A stretch of 50,551 nt of DNA, the filler included, from Catajapyx aquilonaris (Eukaryota), in assembly GCA_000934665.2 (NCBI GenBank). It is 2 parts of 2 records of this genome, joined end to end, with 100 filler letters (N's around TTAATTAATTAA, not from the genome) between each part and the next. Parts side by side here need not be neighbours in the genome. Positions count along the whole stretch, not along the records: positions 25,350 to 50,551 come from JYFJ02005413.1; 1 more part is not named here. One strand, 5' to 3'. This document shows, in pieces, positions 48,201 to 50,551 of the stretch; position 1 is the stretch's first letter; each line of letters opens with the position of its first letter. The position numbers and the translations under genes were made by a program. Under the pieces are notes generated by a model. It ran no database searches and was not told where the DNA came from. It saw only the letters and a program-made list of their open reading frames with translations.

Positions 48201-49487
48201 TGGAATCATCTTACTGTGCCTTGGTTGGTTTGCCGATGGTTATTCGCAATTGTGGCTGGCAGTTTGTATGTTTCTTGGATGCACTCTTCCCAGGCTTAGG
48301 CCTCGTGTTATGCTGGCACCGATAGCCAGCCTGGAATGGAAATAAATTTTGATGAAATTAAGAAATTCAGGCGAAGAAGATGGGCTGATTTGATAACATG
48401 AAAATGCTATTAAGACAAGATTGCTTGTGTCATTATGTAGAACGTTCGTGTTGATGGACCACAGTGGTCCTCCAATGTCCACCAAAAGGAAACATTGGCA
48501 ATTTTTCTTTTCATTCAGTGATTAATCACTAGCATTGTACAGTGCTAAACATTAATGGTAGCGACATTTTCTATGGCGGCAGAAGGGCACATAGAAGTGA
48601 TAAAGTTTGATCCATGCAAATGAGAAATGGTAAGCCCTGGGTGAAGTCAACAGTGGGCTCAATCGTTCAAAACGTTATTGTACCAATTCAGGTCCTGCAC
48701 TACTGTGCATGGGTTGACTCAAAAGCCATTGCGTGTATTTTTAAAATTAAAAATGGTAACATACAGAGGTGACCTTTACTACTTTTTGAAGCTCTGGGTG
48801 ATTAAATTTGGTCTGGAATGTGGATGCCACCCAGATCTCAAGAAAGCGCCAATGTACACAGGGGGATCATGACCTGCCACATCCCACCATTGCCCTAAGA
48901 TGACCTGAGCCTGACTTGATAGGAGCTGTTGGAAGTTGCTTGCAGGGCTTCTGTGTTGTCCATCTTCAAGTGTCCTGCATGCAGCATTCAAGAGCTCCAA
49001 TCATGTCAGGCTCGGGGCATCTTAGGGTGATGGTGCGGTGGAGGGTTCATAATCCCCTTTCATATACTGGTCCTGCTCATGATCTGTGCCATCTACTGTA
49101 TATACCAGGTGAAATTGTAATCACAGACACATCAAATCATAGTAAAGGTCATCTCTCTATATGCTACTATTTTTTAAATTTAAAAATGTGCACAATAACA
49201 TGTAAATCAACCCATGTATACAGTATATTGCTATTACAACATTTTACGTTACACTGATGATAAGTATATACATACTTTGTAGATTCTTCTCGGAGTATCT
49301 TCCGGAAAAACTCTATAAATGCGCCAAGTGGTGCATGACTTTTGCTGGAATTCAGCAAGCCATGCATCTGCATCTTCTCGCGAGAAGACATTCACTTTGA
49401 GAGTTGTCTCGAACCGTGGCTCCTGACCAAAATTCTCCAGCAAGAGAAAATCTTTAACTACATATTTGAAGTTAGGCAGCACCTTCT
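45251..49487 (-). pseudogene. Frameshifted MULE (Mutator-like) transposase with SWIM zinc finger
   Basis: N-terminal exons ~49487-49275 (KVLPNF...WLAEFQQKSCTTWR) and 48330-48215 (YRCQHN...SKKHTNCQPQLRITI). Main exon ~47261-45251 with HTHNH, DDE core (LVGVDSSG, FITDD, LCIFH, TNNLDE) and SWIM CSCPIGY-NGGACKH. Frameshifts at ~47208 and ~45966. Confidence 0.85.
47745..47988. mobile_element. MITE nested within the MULE transposase gene
   Basis: ~31-bp imperfect TIRs cacttttcaagtcttcatggagatgccctca / tgagggcatctccatggaaacttgaaaagtg. Confidence 0.7.
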
Positions 49488-49561
49488 GTAAATTAAAATA
49501 CATGTTGCCTTTATGTTGATGATGATGTATTTATCCTGTCAGTGTATTATGATTTGGATTA

Positions 49562-49851
49562 ACCGAAGCAGGTTGGCATAGTGGATAAGGCGTCCGACTG
49601 CTAATCGGGAGGTCCTGGGTTCGAATCCCGGGGCCGGCAACTCTGACCGTGGTTTTCTGTGGTTTCCCACGGTCCTTCCAGGGAAATTCCAGAGTTGTTT
49701 CCGTAATTAATGGGCCACAGCCGCTTCCTTCCGTCCCTATCCTATCCCAATGAGCACAGTAAAATGAAAGCAAAGAGTTCCAGCCAAAACAAACTTCCCC
49801 CCTAAAGAGCCGATGGCTGATAACGGGGTATGAATTATTATTATAATTATT
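49562..49851 (+). mobile_element. tRNA-derived SINE with 17-bp TSD
   Basis: A-box TGGCATAGTGG, B-box GGTTCGAATCC, (ATT)-rich tail. Direct repeat tattatgatttggatta at 49545-49561 and 49852-49868. Confidence 0.9.
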
Positions 49852-49876
49852 TATTATGATTTGGATTATTCCTCAC

Positions 49877-50460
49877 CGCCAGTTGCTGAGGAATATCAAT
49901 CCCAGTAGGTGCCCCTAAATGTGGTGTGTTGGCCTGGAGTCTGGCCGATGCTGGCAGCTGTAGGAAGCAAGTTTTCACCAGTGAGTTCCTAGTTTATACA
50001 GTGGGATTACTCTGGGTCTCACCTGGGTTGAGTGGTGTGTTGGCTGGAGTGGGCTCTTGGCCTGGAGTCTGGCCGATGCTGGGAGCTGTAGGAAGCAATA
50101 AGTTCTCACCAGTGAGTTCCTAGTTTGGATTACCCTAGATTCCTAGTTGGGATTACTCTGGGTCTCACCTGGGTTGAGTTCCCCATCGTGCCCCATGCCT
50201 TCCACATCGGCTGATGATGCCCCTAAATGTGTAGTGTTGGCTGGAACCTCAACTGGAACTGGAACTGCAACCTCAACATGCTCAACCTGGTTTATACACT
50301 GCACTGGGATTACTCTGATGGGTCTCACCTGACTCACTGCAACTCCTCAACCTGGTTTATACACTGGCTTACACTGCACTGGGATCATTACTCTGGGTCT
50401 CACCTGACTCACTGCAACCTCAACCTGTTCAACCTAGCTGCAATTCACCTGCTACAGTCA
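49877..50460 (-). repeat. Internally repeated, exon-like sequence homologous (inverted) to 44316-44600
   Basis: Repeated gggattactctgggtctcacctg and ggcctggagtctggccgatgctg blocks match the reverse complement of 44455-44590; a minus-strand GTGAGG donor follows position 49877. Confidence 0.7.
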
Positions 50461-50551
50461 GTGTTGCCAGTTATTAGAGAACACAAATCCCTCAACTTAT
50501 TTCTAGAAATCCCTAGAAATCCCTAGATAATTATTCAATATCTCCAGAATT

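Noticed and set aside
49750..49830. Self-cleaving ribozyme in the SINE 3' region
   Set aside because: I could not fold a complete HDV, hammerhead or twister core by eye; an Infernal/RNArobo search would be needed.

Overview
Eukaryotic (invertebrate, probably arthropod) genomic DNA with short spliceosomal introns and many repeats. Genes found: a 14-exon USO1/p115 vesicle-tethering gene (+, 3330-7653); two convergent tRNA-Trp(CCA) genes; an unannotated secreted Pro/Arg-rich peptide precursor (+, 16403-18224) with a candidate TATA/STAT promoter; a tandem minus-strand array of four complete and one tail-less small genes encoding two-TM proteins with PPSY tails, all with the same ~21/~130/variable exon plan (18398-24105); an intronless yellow/MRJP-family gene with a hydrophobic C-terminus (25502-26932); a 4-exon Tret1/GLUT8-like sugar transporter (31254-36865); an unknown minus-strand gene built from four in-frame copies of a 3-exon module (38178-43125); and a frameshifted MULE/SWIM transposase (45251-49487). 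Repeats include several tRNA-derived SINEs (three with target-site duplications), MITE-like palindromes, satellites and microsatellites. An artificial N-linker lies at 25250-25349. All gene models were spliced by hand from GT/GC-AG signals and phase consistency; no database searches were run.
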